Notes under the pieces: generated by a model
The model's database searches: none
Seen by the model: the letters and a program-made list of their open reading frames with translations, nothing else
What the model was told of the DNA's origin: nothing
Shown here: one piece after another, positions 9,921 to 21,128 of the stretch
Layout: every line of letters begins with the position of its first letter
Position numbering within the stretch: the first letter of the stretch is position 1
Translations under genes and position numbers: made by a program
Assembly: GCA_913046035.1 (NCBI GenBank)
Contig: CAJWSW010000004.1
Location: 6,927-70,926 of the forward strand
Length of the DNA: 64,000 nucleotides
Reading direction: 5' to 3'
DNA from: an uncultured Alphaproteobacteria bacterium
Lineage (GTDB): Bacteria; Pseudomonadota; Alphaproteobacteria; MPNO01; UBA830

Positions 9921-11969
9921 TTATCGCAAAGTAGCCGCGATATTCCCGCCATCAACGGTCATAACGGCTCCTGTCGTTTTTTTCGCGAGTGCGAGGTCGA
10001 TAAACGTCTGCGCAACATCGTCTGCTGTGACCTCTTGGCCCAATAGATTACCGGCGATGTAATCTTGCTCACTAATACCTCGCAACTCGGACCGAGTTTT
10101 AATCATATCCTCGGTCAAAAGACCGGTGCGTACACGATCAGCATTCACGGCATTGGACCGGATACCATCAGCGCCATGATCCAGCGCATATTGGCGCGAT
10201 AAAAAGAGCGTGGATGCTTTCGGAAGACCATAGGGTCCAAAACTTGGACCTGGATTGATTGCCTGCTTGGAAGTGTTGAACAACAATACGCCGCCCGTTC
10301 CCTGGGCTTTCATGATTGATACTGCAGCTTGTGCACATCGTTGATGACCCCAGAAATTAAGTTCAAAACTATCTCTCAGTGTTTTCTCGTCAACTTCACC
10401 AATTCGGCCCTGCCAAGCTGCCCCCGCATTAGAGACTAATATATCGAGCCCACCCGATGAGCGGCAGATGTGCGCAAATGCTCGTTCGACTGATGAAGCA
10501 CGCGTAACATCGCACTTAAGGCTAACGCCACCGATACGGCTAGCCACCGATTGCGCCGCAAGCAGGTCGCGATCAAGTATGAACACCTCCGCCCCTCTAC
10601 TCGCAAATGCTGCTGCAGTAGCTGCACCAATACCAGAAGCACCGCCGGTAACTGCAACCACATGCCGGGACAATGGCTTTTCATTAGCTTGGCCCAGCTT
10701 AGCCTGCTCCAGCGACCAGTACTCAATATCAAAGATATCACTCTCAGGAATACATTTGTAAATTCCAAGTTCCTCTGCTGCAGTAATAACCCGTGCTGTA
10801 GTCTCCGCAAGATCAGCTGCAATGCTGGCGTCTTTGGCAGATTTACCGAGGCCAAACAAACCAAGCCCCGGCATCAGGATTACTCTTGGCAGGGGATCTA
10901 GCATAATTTTAGGAGGCTCACATTTGCGATTGTTTCGATTGAAGTATCGCACATAATCCGCCTTATATTTTTTAACCTCCGATCTTGCCGCTACCGAAAA
11001 TGTCTTTAACTCAATCTCCTTCGGTGTTGCGATGATTAATGGTTTAGGTTTGGTACGGATCACATGATCAGGGGTAACCGGGCCAGTCGTCGCATAACGG
11101 CTAACCTCATTACCATTCACGTAGTTCATAACATGCGGCGTATTGCGAAACTCTAAAACCATGCGGCGCCAGTCATCAGCAGAAGCATCAGCAACCGCGC
11201 CCCGCAGTATGGGTGCAATCGCCTCGACCTTGGCGAGCTGTCCGGCAGGACGGGCAGATATAAGGGATTTTGCAGGCTTACTGCACGAGAGAAATTTTTC
11301 AGCAAGGGTCACCAGCCCTATCATTCTCGTATATGACTCCCGCGCGTCCTCCCCAAATGTAAAAATTCCATGTTTGAGCAGTATGAGACCTTCAACATTG
11401 GCATTCTTTTCCCAGATTTGGGCACAGGATTGGGCTAGATCGAAGCCAGGCATAATGTAAGGAACTAAGGCGACGCGATCACCGAAGATTTCTCGGCATA
11501 TGTCATCTCCATTCGGTTGGTCCGTTACAGATAGGACGGCTTCGGAATGCGTGTGATCAACAAACTTATGAGGCAGAAAAGCATGCAGAAGCGTCTCTAC
11601 GGATGGATTTGGCGCTGCAGAGTCCAAAAGAGCTCCCCTCTGTGCGTTCACCATATCCTCGTCGGATAGCTTCTCCAGCCTGCGCAGTTTTCGCATGGCA
11701 TCCAGTCTCACTGCCGGCAACCCAGCGGGCTCAATCTCGCTCATATCCCAGCCGGACCCCTTAACGCATAGAACATCTACGGTATCGCCGACTGTATCTG
11801 TCATTGTTGTTTTGACCGAGGTGTTCCCTCCGCCGTGAAGGACTAGCCGCGGGTCCTTACCAAGCAGTCGCGTCGTGTATACCCGAAGCGCTATATCCTC
11901 GCCGACGCCCTGTTTAGCGTAGTAAGCAATGGTTTGCTTTGCGTCTTTGGGCGACCATCTACTCTTCAT
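9921..11969 (-). CDS. bifunctional class II aldolase/adducin-domain plus short-chain dehydrogenase fusion (the family usually annotated as rhamnulose-1-phosphate aldolase/alcohol dehydrogenase)
   Basis: The N-terminal roughly 430 aa are aldolase-like (HGGGNTS, DHTH). The C-terminal part is SDR (VTGGASGIG, NAGAA). The ATG at 11969 has AGGAAA upstream, and the track ORF extends to 12005. Confidence 0.8.
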   Translation of the reverse strand: MKSRWSPKDAKQTIAYYAKQGVGEDIALRVYTTRLLGKDPRLVLHGGGNTSVKTTMTDTVGDTVDVLCVKGSGWDMSEIEPAGLPAVRLDAMRKLRRLEKLSDEDMVNAQRGALLDSAAPNPSVETLLHAFLPHKFVDHTHSEAVLSVTDQPNGDDICREIFGDRVALVPYIMPGFDLAQSCAQIWEKNANVEGLILLKHGIFTFGEDARESYTRMIGLVTLAEKFLSCSKPAKSLISARPAGQLAKVEAIAPILRGAVADASADDWRRMVLEFRNTPHVMNYVNGNEVSRYATTGPVTPDHVIRTKPKPLIIATPKEIELKTFSVAARSEVKKYKADYVRYFNRNNRKCEPPKIMLDPLPRVILMPGLGLFGLGKSAKDASIAADLAETTARVITAAEELGIYKCIPESDIFDIEYWSLEQAKLGQANEKPLSRHVVAVTGGASGIGAATAAAFASRGAEVFILDRDLLAAQSVASRIGGVSLKCDVTRASSVERAFAHICRSSGGLDILVSNAGAAWQGRIGEVDEKTLRDSFELNFWGHQRCAQAAVSIMKAQGTGGVLLFNTSKQAINPGPSFGPYGLPKASTLFLSRQYALDHGADGIRSNAVNADRVRTGLLTEDMIKTRSELRGISEQDYIAGNLLGQEVTADDVAQTFIDLALAKKTTGAVMTVDGGNIAATLR

Positions 11970-12316
11970 CAAAATTTCCTTTTTCTGGAAAAACGGAATT
12001 GCCAATTCTTCTTAAGCAGCGTCCAGCCCCAAGTCGAATGGCTTACTTCTATAAAATGCTTACAGCAGGTTCCCTCCACGATATATCCGAAAGGGCGGAT
12101 CTCTCGTCCTACTCGTGCCAATTTTGGGAAACTCCTGCATCAAGTGCACCGCTTATTGATCACGTTCTGACATAAAAAGAAACCAGCTCAAAAACTTACT
12201 GCCATCTCTTCGCGCATCTACCAAAGAGCAGCGCAAGTTGTGATGTTTTTGTAACGGGCATCGGAAAAGGCGGTCAATTTGGAGAATGTTCACATCGAAT
12301 AGCCAAATACCCGAGT

Positions 12317-13432
12317 TTAATTACCGTAAAAATCCTCGCCTGCATGCTCCGGATACAACTCAAACAGGCCAGTTTTTGATGCTCTACCGACACCCCGCTC
12401 CGTAATCAAACCAGTTACGAGGCGGGCTGGTGTCACGTCAAAGGCATAATTTGCTGCGAAACTCTCGTCAGGTACAATGCACACTGTTGATATTTCACCT
12501 GACAGAGCTTTCCCCGTGATTTCCTTCACCTCCGCCGCATCGCGCTGCTCGATTGGAATATCTCGGACACCATCATCGATTGTCCAATCTATTGTTGGCC
12601 CTGGTAGGGCAACATAAAAGGGAACATGATTGTCGTGCGCCGCTAGCGCTTTAAGATAAGTTCCGATCTTATTACAAACATCCCCCGCCGCGGTGGTGCG
12701 ATCTGTTCCTGTGATCACAAGATCAACGAGGCCATGCTGCATTAGGTGCCCACCAACATTGTCGACGATTACCGTATGTGGCACACCATGTTTAGCAAGT
12801 TCCCACGCAGTTAGGCTTGCCCCTTGATTTCGAGGCCGGGTCTCGTCAACCCAAACATGGACTGGAATCCCAGCATCGTGAGCCTTGTAGACAGGTGCTA
12901 GCGCAGTTCCCCAATCGACTGTTGCCAACCAGCCCGCATTACAATGGGTCAATACATTGACCCGATCCGGGTTGCCTCGTGCTTCCCACGCCTTATGAAT
13001 AATTGGCATGCCATGATCACCAATCGCTGAGCATATTGCCACGTCCTCATCGCAGATCTCACCTGCTCTAATATACGCCGCCCTCACACGGGCATTTGGT
13101 GAAAGCGGCGTGAGAAGTTTTTTCATTTCGTCAACCGCCCAGCGCAGGTTAACGGCCGTTGGTCGTGTCGACATCAGCAGGTCTGAAGCAGCAGCCAAAT
13201 TTTTATCCGTCGGGTCATCCCGCATTGCCAGCGCTATGCCATAGGCAGCCGTTGCCCCTATCAGCGGTGCACCCCGAACCTGCATATTACGAATTGCAGC
13301 CGCCGCTTTGTCTGCGCTATCCAATTGAAGGATTACAAAGGCGAACGGCAAACGTGTCTGATCAATGATCTCTACTGTCTCGTTGTCTTTGCCGAGCCAG
13401 AGTGTACGAAACGATTTACCATCGACAATCAT
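12317..13432 (-). CDS. mtnA: S-methyl-5-thioribose-1-phosphate isomerase
   Basis: 371 aa in the eIF-2B/MtnA family ([23 protein letters not shown]). It overlaps mtnP by 4 nt. Confidence 0.9.
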   Translation of the reverse strand: MIVDGKSFRTLWLGKDNETVEIIDQTRLPFAFVILQLDSADKAAAAIRNMQVRGAPLIGATAAYGIALAMRDDPTDKNLAAASDLLMSTRPTAVNLRWAVDEMKKLLTPLSPNARVRAAYIRAGEICDEDVAICSAIGDHGMPIIHKAWEARGNPDRVNVLTHCNAGWLATVDWGTALAPVYKAHDAGIPVHVWVDETRPRNQGASLTAWELAKHGVPHTVIVDNVGGHLMQHGLVDLVITGTDRTTAAGDVCNKIGTYLKALAAHDNHVPFYVALPGPTIDWTIDDGVRDIPIEQRDAAEVKEITGKALSGEISTVCIVPDESFAANYAFDVTPARLVTGLITERGVGRASKTGLFELYPEHAGEDFYGN

Positions 13433-14316
13433 CCGCCTAAAACTCGAGACGCAACGGCATCCAGTTTTTCAAGTGTATGTGGGTCACGAGCTTCTGGTGG
13501 AGTAATGATGGCGTGCTCGAGCGCCGTATGACAGCCAACTTCACAAGTTTTATTGCGCGCTGCCAATCCGGGAACAACTGTTGTGATTAGCGCACGAGCT
13601 TTTGCTGCGTTTTCGTTCATAATCTCTAAAACGCCATCGATGGCGACGTCATCGTGATCTTCATTCCAGCAATCATAATCTGTAACCATCGCAACACTTG
13701 CGTAGCACATCTCAGCCTCGCGAGCGAGTTTGGCTTCCGGCATATTGGTCATGCCAATGACATCGCAACCCCAAGAACGATAGAGATGGCTCTCTGCGCG
13801 TGTGGAAAATTGGGGGCCCTCCATCACCAAATAGGTGCCCCCGCAAGTATGATCGATCCCGTTTTTACGTAGCGCGCCAACCAGATGCTCGGATAATCGA
13901 CCACAAATGGGATCCGCCATCGAGATATGCGCAACGCACCCTTTGTCAAAAAAGGTTTTTTCCCGCGCGAAGGTGCGATCAATGAACTGGTCTACCAATA
14001 CAAAATGGCCCGGCGCATACTCCTCCTTCAAAGAACCCACCGCACTAATGGATATGATTTCGGTAACACCCGCGCGCTTTAAAACATCAATATTAGCCCT
14101 GAAATTTAACCCGCTCGGCGGGACACGATGACCTCGACCGTGGCGCGGAAGAAAGACAATCTGGTGCCCATCCAGCTCGCCAAACAACAGTTCGTCTGAT
14201 GGCTTGCCGAAAGGTGAGAGCATCTGGCGCCATTCACAATTGACCAAGTCGTCTATTTCATAAACACCGCTGCCTCCAATCACGCCAATTACAGGGGGTG
14301 TGCCAGGTTCTTTCAT
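13429..14316 (-). CDS. mtnP: S-methyl-5'-thioadenosine phosphorylase
   Basis: [14 protein letters not shown] and GMTNMPEA motifs are present. The ATG at 14316 is preceded by GGAG, and the track start at 14352 is a TTG. Confidence 0.9.
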   Translation of the reverse strand: MKEPGTPPVIGVIGGSGVYEIDDLVNCEWRQMLSPFGKPSDELLFGELDGHQIVFLPRHGRGHRVPPSGLNFRANIDVLKRAGVTEIISISAVGSLKEEYAPGHFVLVDQFIDRTFAREKTFFDKGCVAHISMADPICGRLSEHLVGALRKNGIDHTCGGTYLVMEGPQFSTRAESHLYRSWGCDVIGMTNMPEAKLAREAEMCYASVAMVTDYDCWNEDHDDVAIDGVLEIMNENAAKARALITTVVPGLAARNKTCEVGCHTALEHAIITPPEARDPHTLEKLDAVASRVLGG

Positions 14317-14720
14317 AAAATTCTCCAAAGATACCGTTTGGATTGTAAACAAAAAACGCGATGATCAAAGACCTCCACTACCATAATAAGCGGTTCCGGG
14401 ACCTACACTCAAAGCTGACTTTATCTCTCTGATGGCGGAAACAGATAGGACGACGAAACCGGAATTCCCCACGAAGCAGAGATAGTCTATCCCAAAGCAA
14501 GACGATGTATGTCGAAGTCAGTATCAAGGCTATGGCAAACCCGCAAGTTAAGGGCCATTGCCACGGCAAGTCAAAAGATGGAACGCCAATTGGACGCTAT
14601 TACCCTTGCAATAAAAGTTGGAGCCCAGAAAACCCATGAATAGATTGCGCTAATATGGCTGATGCCAACCACAAATTCTGGTTAAATCTTATAGAAAGAT
14701 CCGCGAGACGTTATGAGTAC

Positions 14721-14750
14721 CCAACCAAAACAAGCGGGCCTCAGGCCCGC
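14721..14750 (-). terminator. rho-independent terminator after petABC
   Basis: GCGGGCC (14734-14740) pairs with GGCCCGC (14744-14750) across a 3-nt loop. On the minus strand TTGTTTTGGTT follows, about 30 nt past the petC stop. Confidence 0.6.
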
Positions 14751-14778
14751 CTGCTATCTAGAACATCAATAATAATTA

Positions 14779-15546
14779 TTAATGCAGATCGGACCAAATG
14801 CGACGCTTCACAACGTAAAGAAGCCCAGTCAAGATCAACAGGAAAAGAATTACTTTAATACCCATCCTTTTACGTTCTTCCAATTCTGGCTCAGCTGTCC
14901 ACGATAGAAACGTTGTGACGTCATTCGCCATCTGCTCCACGGTAGCTTTAGTGCCATCAGCAAACTCTACTCCATCTTCTGACAGGGGAGATGCCATCGC
15001 AATCATGTTGCCCGGGTAATATTCGTTGTAATTCATACCTTCCGGCACGATCACACCCCCCGGTGGTTCCTCCTTATATCCAATTAACAGTCCGCGGAGA
15101 TAATTCGCTCCACCTGGCCGGGCCTTCACCATAAGTGATAAGTCGGGGGGATAGGCGCCGCCATTCGCAGCACGGGCTGCATTTTCATTCGGGAAGGGTG
15201 ACACAAACCTGTCAGACAATATTGCCGGACGCATTTCGACATCGCCATCATCGTTAGGTTCTGCGGCCACCTCCTGCTCCGCAGCAATCGCTTTCACCTC
15301 CGCCTCAGAGAATCCTATGTCTATTAAGTTACGGTAGGCTACTAGCCTAAGTCCATGACAAGAAGAGCAGACCTCCCTGTAGACTTTAGCGCCCCGGCGT
15401 AATGATGCCCTGTCAAACGTGCCAAATAACCCAGAATGGCTCCATTGATGCGCGGGAGGCGTCTTACCGCCACCAGCGGCGTGGACCGTAGTATCCACGG
15501 CCATCGAACTGATGCCAACAATGAGAAGGGTTACAATCTTCCTCAT
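14779..15546 (-). CDS. petC: cytochrome c1
   Basis: CSSCHG heme-binding motif, a signal peptide and a C-terminal TM anchor. It is the last gene of petABC. Confidence 0.9.
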   Translation of the reverse strand: MRKIVTLLIVGISSMAVDTTVHAAGGGKTPPAHQWSHSGLFGTFDRASLRRGAKVYREVCSSCHGLRLVAYRNLIDIGFSEAEVKAIAAEQEVAAEPNDDGDVEMRPAILSDRFVSPFPNENAARAANGGAYPPDLSLMVKARPGGANYLRGLLIGYKEEPPGGVIVPEGMNYNEYYPGNMIAMASPLSEDGVEFADGTKATVEQMANDVTTFLSWTAEPELEERKRMGIKVILFLLILTGLLYVVKRRIWSDLH

Positions 15547-16874
15547 TAAGCTTTCTCCATCGGCTTCGCCGCAGCGCCAGCCGCTGCGACGCCGCCGCCA
15601 CCGAAAATGGGCTCTGAAATACTTTTTGGTAAGCTTCTGGTTTTTTCAAACTTTGCTAACAACGGTATGACAACAAGGAAATGAGCAAAATAGTAAACAG
15701 TCGCTACCCGCCCGATTACGATATAAATGCCCTCTGCCGGTAACGCGCCCATGTAGCCGAGAACCAGACAGTCTATCGCGAATATCCAAAAGAACCATTT
15801 GTACATTGGCCGGAACCGGGATGATCGGACCGGCGACCGGTCAAGCCAAGGAAGAACAAACAGCACTGCGATCGCACCAAACATTGCCAACACCCCAGCG
15901 AGCTTGGCTTCTACGATAACAAAACCTAGCCACTCAGTAGTCCAACCGCCGATGAAGTTATCTGGTACCGCCCGTAAAATTGCGTAAAACGGTAGAAAAT
16001 ACCATTCGGGAACAATGTGCGCCGGCGTCGACAGCGAATTAGCTGGAATATAGTTATCGGGGTGGCCCATGTAGTTGGGTGCGAAGAAAATAAATAAAGC
16101 AAAGACAATCAGAAACACACCCAATCCAAACATATCTTTGATTGTGTAGTAGGGGTGAAACGGGACAACGTCCTGTTCGCCTTTTGTTGCGATACCTATG
16201 GGATTATTCGATCCGTGCACATGCAGCGCCCATATATGCAGAACCACTACGCCAACAATTACGAACGGAAGCAAATAATGAAGACTGAAGAAACGATTAA
16301 GCGTCGCGTTATCGACTGCGAAACCACCCCATAAGAGGGTAACAATCCAGTCACCAATCCCCCACGGTATGGCGGAAAACAGGTTAGTTATTACCGTTGC
16401 GCCCCAGAAACTCATCTGACCCCAAGGAAGAACGTATCCCATGAAGGCAGTCGCCATCATAAGTAAGAGGATTAACACCCCAAGCATCCAAAGGATTTCT
16501 CGTGGAGCCTTATAGGAGCCAAAATAAAGGCCCCTGAAAATGTGGATATAAACAATTATGAAGAACATTGAAGCGCCATTCATATGAATGTACCGGATCA
16601 GCCACCCATAATTGACATCCCGCATTATCCGTTCGACCGAGTCAAAAGCCAAAGCCGTATGCGGCGTGTAGTGCATCGCTAGCGTAATACCAGTGACGAT
16701 CATGATCACCAGCACAATCCCGGCTAGTGAGCCAAAGTTCCACCAGTAATTTAGATTACGAGGCGTCGGATATTCATAGAGTTCGTGGCTCACGAAAGAA
16801 AATATTGGAAGGCGGTAATCGACCCAACGAACGACACCATTGTCGAGCCAGGCGGGTTTTTGAAATTTTGACAT
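15546..16874 (-). CDS. petB: cytochrome b
   Basis: 442-aa polytopic protein with the canonical cytochrome b sequence ([24 protein letters not shown]). Confidence 0.95.
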   Translation of the reverse strand: MSKFQKPAWLDNGVVRWVDYRLPIFSFVSHELYEYPTPRNLNYWWNFGSLAGIVLVIMIVTGITLAMHYTPHTALAFDSVERIMRDVNYGWLIRYIHMNGASMFFIIVYIHIFRGLYFGSYKAPREILWMLGVLILLLMMATAFMGYVLPWGQMSFWGATVITNLFSAIPWGIGDWIVTLLWGGFAVDNATLNRFFSLHYLLPFVIVGVVVLHIWALHVHGSNNPIGIATKGEQDVVPFHPYYTIKDMFGLGVFLIVFALFIFFAPNYMGHPDNYIPANSLSTPAHIVPEWYFLPFYAILRAVPDNFIGGWTTEWLGFVIVEAKLAGVLAMFGAIAVLFVLPWLDRSPVRSSRFRPMYKWFFWIFAIDCLVLGYMGALPAEGIYIVIGRVATVYYFAHFLVVIPLLAKFEKTRSLPKSISEPIFGGGGVAAAGAAAKPMEKA

Positions 16875-16885
16875 GTTTTTCTTTC

Positions 16886-17443
16886 TCAGCCGATTTTGAC
16901 GACGTTATCACTTATGAATGCATACTCCGGCACGGGTAGATTTTTTGGTGCCGGCCCCTTTCGAATGCGCCCAGAAGAGTCATAATGCGAACCATGGCAG
17001 GGGCAGAACCAGCCATTAAATTCCCCCTTGGTCTCTCCTTGGGAGGTTCCGAGCGGAATACAGCCAAGGTGAGTACATACGCCCACCAAAACCAACCATT
17101 CTGGCTTCTTGACGCGCACGTTGTCCTCTTCAGGATCTATTAAATCTCCCTGGCTAACCGCATTTGCCGCATCAATTTCAGCCTTTGTTCTGTGACGGAT
17201 AAACACCGGTACACCGCGCCATTTTACCTTAATAGCCTGCCCTTCTTCGATTGCAGAGATATCAACCTCAACCGTGGCAAGCGCCAGTGTATCTGCAGCT
17301 GGGTTCATTTGCTGAATGAAAGGCCACGCGACGGCAGCGCCACCAACGGCGGCGAATGCCCCGGTCGCGAGTTGAAGAAAATCACGTCGAGTTTCGACCT
17401 TTTCGACGTGTTCAGACACTTTCGCGCTATCTGTTTCAGCCAT
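16886..17443 (-). CDS. petA: ubiquinol-cytochrome c reductase Rieske iron-sulfur subunit
   Basis: CTHLGC and CPCHGS Rieske boxes plus a Tat-like RRDFL motif. The ATG at 17443 is preferred over the longer track ORF. Confidence 0.9.
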   Translation of the reverse strand: MAETDSAKVSEHVEKVETRRDFLQLATGAFAAVGGAAVAWPFIQQMNPAADTLALATVEVDISAIEEGQAIKVKWRGVPVFIRHRTKAEIDAANAVSQGDLIDPEEDNVRVKKPEWLVLVGVCTHLGCIPLGTSQGETKGEFNGWFCPCHGSHYDSSGRIRKGPAPKNLPVPEYAFISDNVVKIG

Positions 17444-17786
17444 TGTTAAAACCTTGTCCCCATAAGTTCGCCGACACCTTGTTTTTGCTCGAGATCCGCC
17501 CGCGCAGATTTCGCACCGGTTCATTCAAAAATTTTATTTCTACTCATGCAAAATACCACGGGGGAAGGTAAGGTGCGTGCGGCGCGTCGCCGCATATTTG
17601 GCTGATAGCTCGTTCTACGGTGCCAAGCCTTACAAATGTTCAAATTAAACTGGGAAATTTGTATAATTGGGTTCTTAACCCGCAGGAAGCCCCCGCAATC
17701 ATCGTTTCCCGCCATATAGAATTACGGCGAGGCGATCGGAATTCCGGGGGTTTGCATTAAAACCACTTCGCCGCTATTGCCTTCAG

Positions 17787-18257
17787 ATGAGAATTGCCCT
17801 TTTTCAGCCAGACATACCACAAAACGCAGGAGCAATATTCCGGTTGGGAGCGTGTCTAGACGTGCCTATCGACATAATAGAACCCTGTGGATTTGTCCTC
17901 GAAGACCGCCGCCTCAAACGTGTTGCGATGGATTACGGCGCACACGCGATCATAAATCGTCATGCCTCATGGGAGGCCTGGTTAAAGACCTCGCAACCAT
18001 CTCGAACGGTGTTGCTCACGACGCAAGGCTCAAAATTCTATACTGATTTTTCATTCCGCGATTCCGACATTCTACTGGTAGGCCGTGAAAGTGCCGGTGT
18101 TCCCTCTGAGGTTCACTCGGCCGCAGATGCACGATTGGCTGTGCCCATGGTCAAAGGCGCACGCTCTCTCAATGTTGTTACCACCGCCGCAATGGTTCTC
18201 GGCGAAGCACTGCGTCAAATCGGCCACTTTCGCCAGTCGATCACAAAAGGCAAATGA
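17787..18257 (+). CDS. trmL: tRNA (cytidine/uridine-2'-O-)-methyltransferase, SpoU/TrmL family
   Basis: 156 aa with IPQNAGAI and SLNV motifs. Confidence 0.85.
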   Translation: MRIALFQPDIPQNAGAIFRLGACLDVPIDIIEPCGFVLEDRRLKRVAMDYGAHAIINRHASWEAWLKTSQPSRTVLLTTQGSKFYTDFSFRDSDILLVGRESAGVPSEVHSAADARLAVPMVKGARSLNVVTTAAMVLGEALRQIGHFRQSITKGK

Positions 18258-18261
18258 CGCA

Positions 18262-19125
18262 ATGACCAGATTAACAATTGATCAAAAAAAGATGGCTGCA
18301 AGCAATTGGTTCGCTGACCTGCGTGACCAGATATGCACGGAGTTTGAAAAACTTGAGGACAGCATCGAAGGGCCGAATGAGACAGTCGGCGACGGAGAGC
18401 CTGGCCGTTTCAATCAAATTGAGTGGGATCGAGCGGGCGGCGGCGGCGGTTGCATGTCGGTAATGAAAGGTCGAGTATTCGAAAAAGTCGGTGTCAACAT
18501 ATCGACAGTTCACGGAGAATTCTCCGAGGAATTCCGTAAGAATATCCCGGGAGCGGAGGATGACCCTCGTTTCTGGGCATCAGGCATTTCGCTGGTTTCA
18601 CATATGCATTCACCTTTGGTGCCAGCCGCACATATGAACACCCGATTCATCGTAACTTCAAAGGCTTGGTTTGGCGGTGGCGGTGATCTCACACCGATGT
18701 ATCCAGACGATGATGACACCGCAATGTTTCATGACGCTTTCCGAAATGCCTGCGACAAACATGACCCCGATTATTATTCAAGATTCAAAAAATGGTGCGA
18801 CGAATATTTCTTCCTTCCGCACAGAGATGAAACCCGGGGTGTGGGCGGAATTTTTTACGACTACCTGGACACTGGGAACTGGGAGGGAGACTTTGCCTTC
18901 ACGCGGGATGTCGGCGCGGCTTTTTTGAAGGTTTATCCAAAAATCATCGCTGCCCACATGAAAGAGCCTTGGACACTTGAACAGCGGGAACACCAGTTAG
19001 TTCGGCGCGGCCGCTACGTGGAATTTAACCTGCTCCACGACCGTGGCACGATTTTCGGATTGAAAACCGGCGGCAACGTAGATGCTATCCTAATGTCGAT
19101 GCCACCCGAAGCAAAATGGCCTTAA
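18262..19125 (+). CDS. hemF: oxygen-dependent coproporphyrinogen III oxidase
   Basis: The ATG at 18262 lies just after the trmL stop. Motifs are [17 protein letters not shown] and [10 protein letters not shown]. Confidence 0.9.
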   Translation: MTRLTIDQKKMAASNWFADLRDQICTEFEKLEDSIEGPNETVGDGEPGRFNQIEWDRAGGGGGCMSVMKGRVFEKVGVNISTVHGEFSEEFRKNIPGAEDDPRFWASGISLVSHMHSPLVPAAHMNTRFIVTSKAWFGGGGDLTPMYPDDDDTAMFHDAFRNACDKHDPDYYSRFKKWCDEYFFLPHRDETRGVGGIFYDYLDTGNWEGDFAFTRDVGAAFLKVYPKIIAAHMKEPWTLEQREHQLVRRGRYVEFNLLHDRGTIFGLKTGGNVDAILMSMPPEAKWP

Positions 19126-19303
19126 TCCCTGCTAGCAGTGCCCCGCGTTCACAGAGCGGGCAAGACCAATGTCAAACAAACAGCGAATAGGAGGTGGCTG
19201 AAATATAAGAACTCCAGGGTGATCGAAATTGCATTTGCCTCGGTTAGCATCCGCGGAGAGCGGAAAGGTTCCTAAATGCCCTTCCCACTTTTAAAAAGAT
19301 GTT

Positions 19304-20881
19304 TTACGCAACCAAGTGAAAATCTGCCGAATGATCGGCCTGGGCCGCAATCACTATGTCCCGCAAAGAATGGCGAACGACTTTATCGGCAGCATTTTTT
19401 GGCAAATTTTCGATAAAATAGTACGCCTTCGGACGCTTGAACCTTGCGAGTGCCGACCCCGTGCAATATGCATCGATTTCTTCCGCGGTCTTTAATGAGG
19501 CTGTGGTACGCCCTTTCACGCAGGCAACAACAATCTGACCCCACTTTGGATCAGGGATACCGACAACGCAAACTGCGGTTATGGCCTGATGTTCTTGAAG
19601 AACCACTTCAACTTCCTCAGGATGAATGCTTTCACCACCAGAGCGAATCATATCATCTACACGACCTACCAGCGTTATATCGCCATTGGCTTCTTTCAAA
19701 AAGATATCGCCGGTGAAATACCAACCGTCTCGTTTCTTTGCAGCAGTGGCCTCTGGATTGTTGAGATATTCAGTAAAAATGGTGTCAACGGTAGCATCGA
19801 CGATTAACTCACCTTGTTCACCAACGGCAACAACGTCGTCAACGCCGTCGCCATTTATGCGTATCAGACGGGAACGGGTGTAATAAGCAGCCCGTAACGT
19901 AGCATGCTGGCCCACGGGGTCAGAATTTGAGAGGGAGCACATAGTTTCCGTTGTACCGTAGATGTGCCGGACATTTCCGCCCCATTCACGGTCAATAATT
20001 TTTAAAAGGTCCGGGTCGATAGAGATGCCGCCGTAGAGCGCAAGCTCGACTGACGAAAATTTGTTAGGTGTATAATTGGGCGCTGAGGTCATTGCCGAAA
20101 ACATTGTCGGCACACAAAACAGATAAGTTAGCTGCTCTCGATCAATTAGGTCTACAACCTTTACTGGGTTAAACTCCGAGATAACGAAGAATGTGCCGTT
20201 GAATGCCAATGATGTTAGGAATACTCCATAAAAGCCAATTACATGGCTGAGCGGCATGCACCCAAGTGCACGATTATGTACACCTTGCCGCAATCCACCC
20301 TGAGTTGAAAGCCATAGGATCCGGTGTTCGGTAGCTCGATGGCTCAGAACCACGGCTTTGGGCAACCCGGTAGTACCAGAAGTAAAAAACAGGAACGCCG
20401 CTTCTGTATCGGCGGGCTTTTTGTACGGCTTCAGCGAGCCATCCTGTCCCCGGCAGTCTGCGAAATTTTCAGCGCCAACTATATTTCCACCAACAGTCCA
20501 CACGGGCGCACCCTTCGGAAGCTGAGCAGCTACAGTCTCCACTAGCACTGGATCATCCCTTAGTACTGCTCCCTCGATATCACAAAACTGACAAAGCCCT
20601 GCGATTTCCTCGGGTTTAAGACGGAAGTTTAACAAGGCTGGAACAGCATTAAGCCGCATGAGCGCCAGTACTGCGAGACAATGCTCGAATGTAGTTGGCA
20701 GTGCAGTCGCTACACGGCTTCCAGCCTTTATACCTCGTGCCGACATTCCAGCAGCTAGCATATCTACTTCGACAATGAGTTCGCGATATGTAAGCCTGCG
20801 CTCGGTGCGATCGTCAACTATAGCAAACTGGTTAGGTGTTCGTTCGGCCGCCATCCAAACAAGCTCGTAACCTGCGTGCAT
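19304..20881 (-). CDS. AMP-dependent acyl-CoA synthetase/ligase, substrate unknown
   Basis: FTSGTTGLPK and GWYFTGD adenylate-forming motifs, 525 aa. There are no pathway neighbours. Confidence 0.8.
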   Translation of the reverse strand: MHAGYELVWMAAERTPNQFAIVDDRTERRLTYRELIVEVDMLAAGMSARGIKAGSRVATALPTTFEHCLAVLALMRLNAVPALLNFRLKPEEIAGLCQFCDIEGAVLRDDPVLVETVAAQLPKGAPVWTVGGNIVGAENFADCRGQDGSLKPYKKPADTEAAFLFFTSGTTGLPKAVVLSHRATEHRILWLSTQGGLRQGVHNRALGCMPLSHVIGFYGVFLTSLAFNGTFFVISEFNPVKVVDLIDREQLTYLFCVPTMFSAMTSAPNYTPNKFSSVELALYGGISIDPDLLKIIDREWGGNVRHIYGTTETMCSLSNSDPVGQHATLRAAYYTRSRLIRINGDGVDDVVAVGEQGELIVDATVDTIFTEYLNNPEATAAKKRDGWYFTGDIFLKEANGDITLVGRVDDMIRSGGESIHPEEVEVVLQEHQAITAVCVVGIPDPKWGQIVVACVKGRTTASLKTAEEIDAYCTGSALARFKRPKAYYFIENLPKNAADKVVRHSLRDIVIAAQADHSADFHLVA

Positions 20882-21128
20882 AATCTTTAATCCTTTTTGC
20901 TCATTTTAAATTCAAAAACTAGCGCCTGAAATATAGTTTTTGAGCTGAGGCACGGCCTCGGCAACCACCTCCATAAAAATTTCTATGGATTCAAATAAGG
21001 TCTGTATGATCGTGGCGCGCTCCTAGTACTACGTTATAACTCCTAGTTAACGTTCTGACGATATGAGCAATTAAATGACCCTGGGATACCCCAACCAAGA
21101 CTTTTAAAATTCCGATTTCTGCAGTTCA

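Noticed and set aside
14378-14569. 63-aa TTG-initiated ORF in the mtnP leader.
   Set aside because: It has no SD. It is hydrophobic at first, then Arg/Phe-rich with low complexity, and has no family resemblance.
18085-18261. Long N-terminal extension of the hemF ORF overlapping trmL.
   Set aside because: The extension lies in a different frame of the well-supported trmL gene. The ATG at 18262, right after the trmL stop, gives a normal-length HemF.
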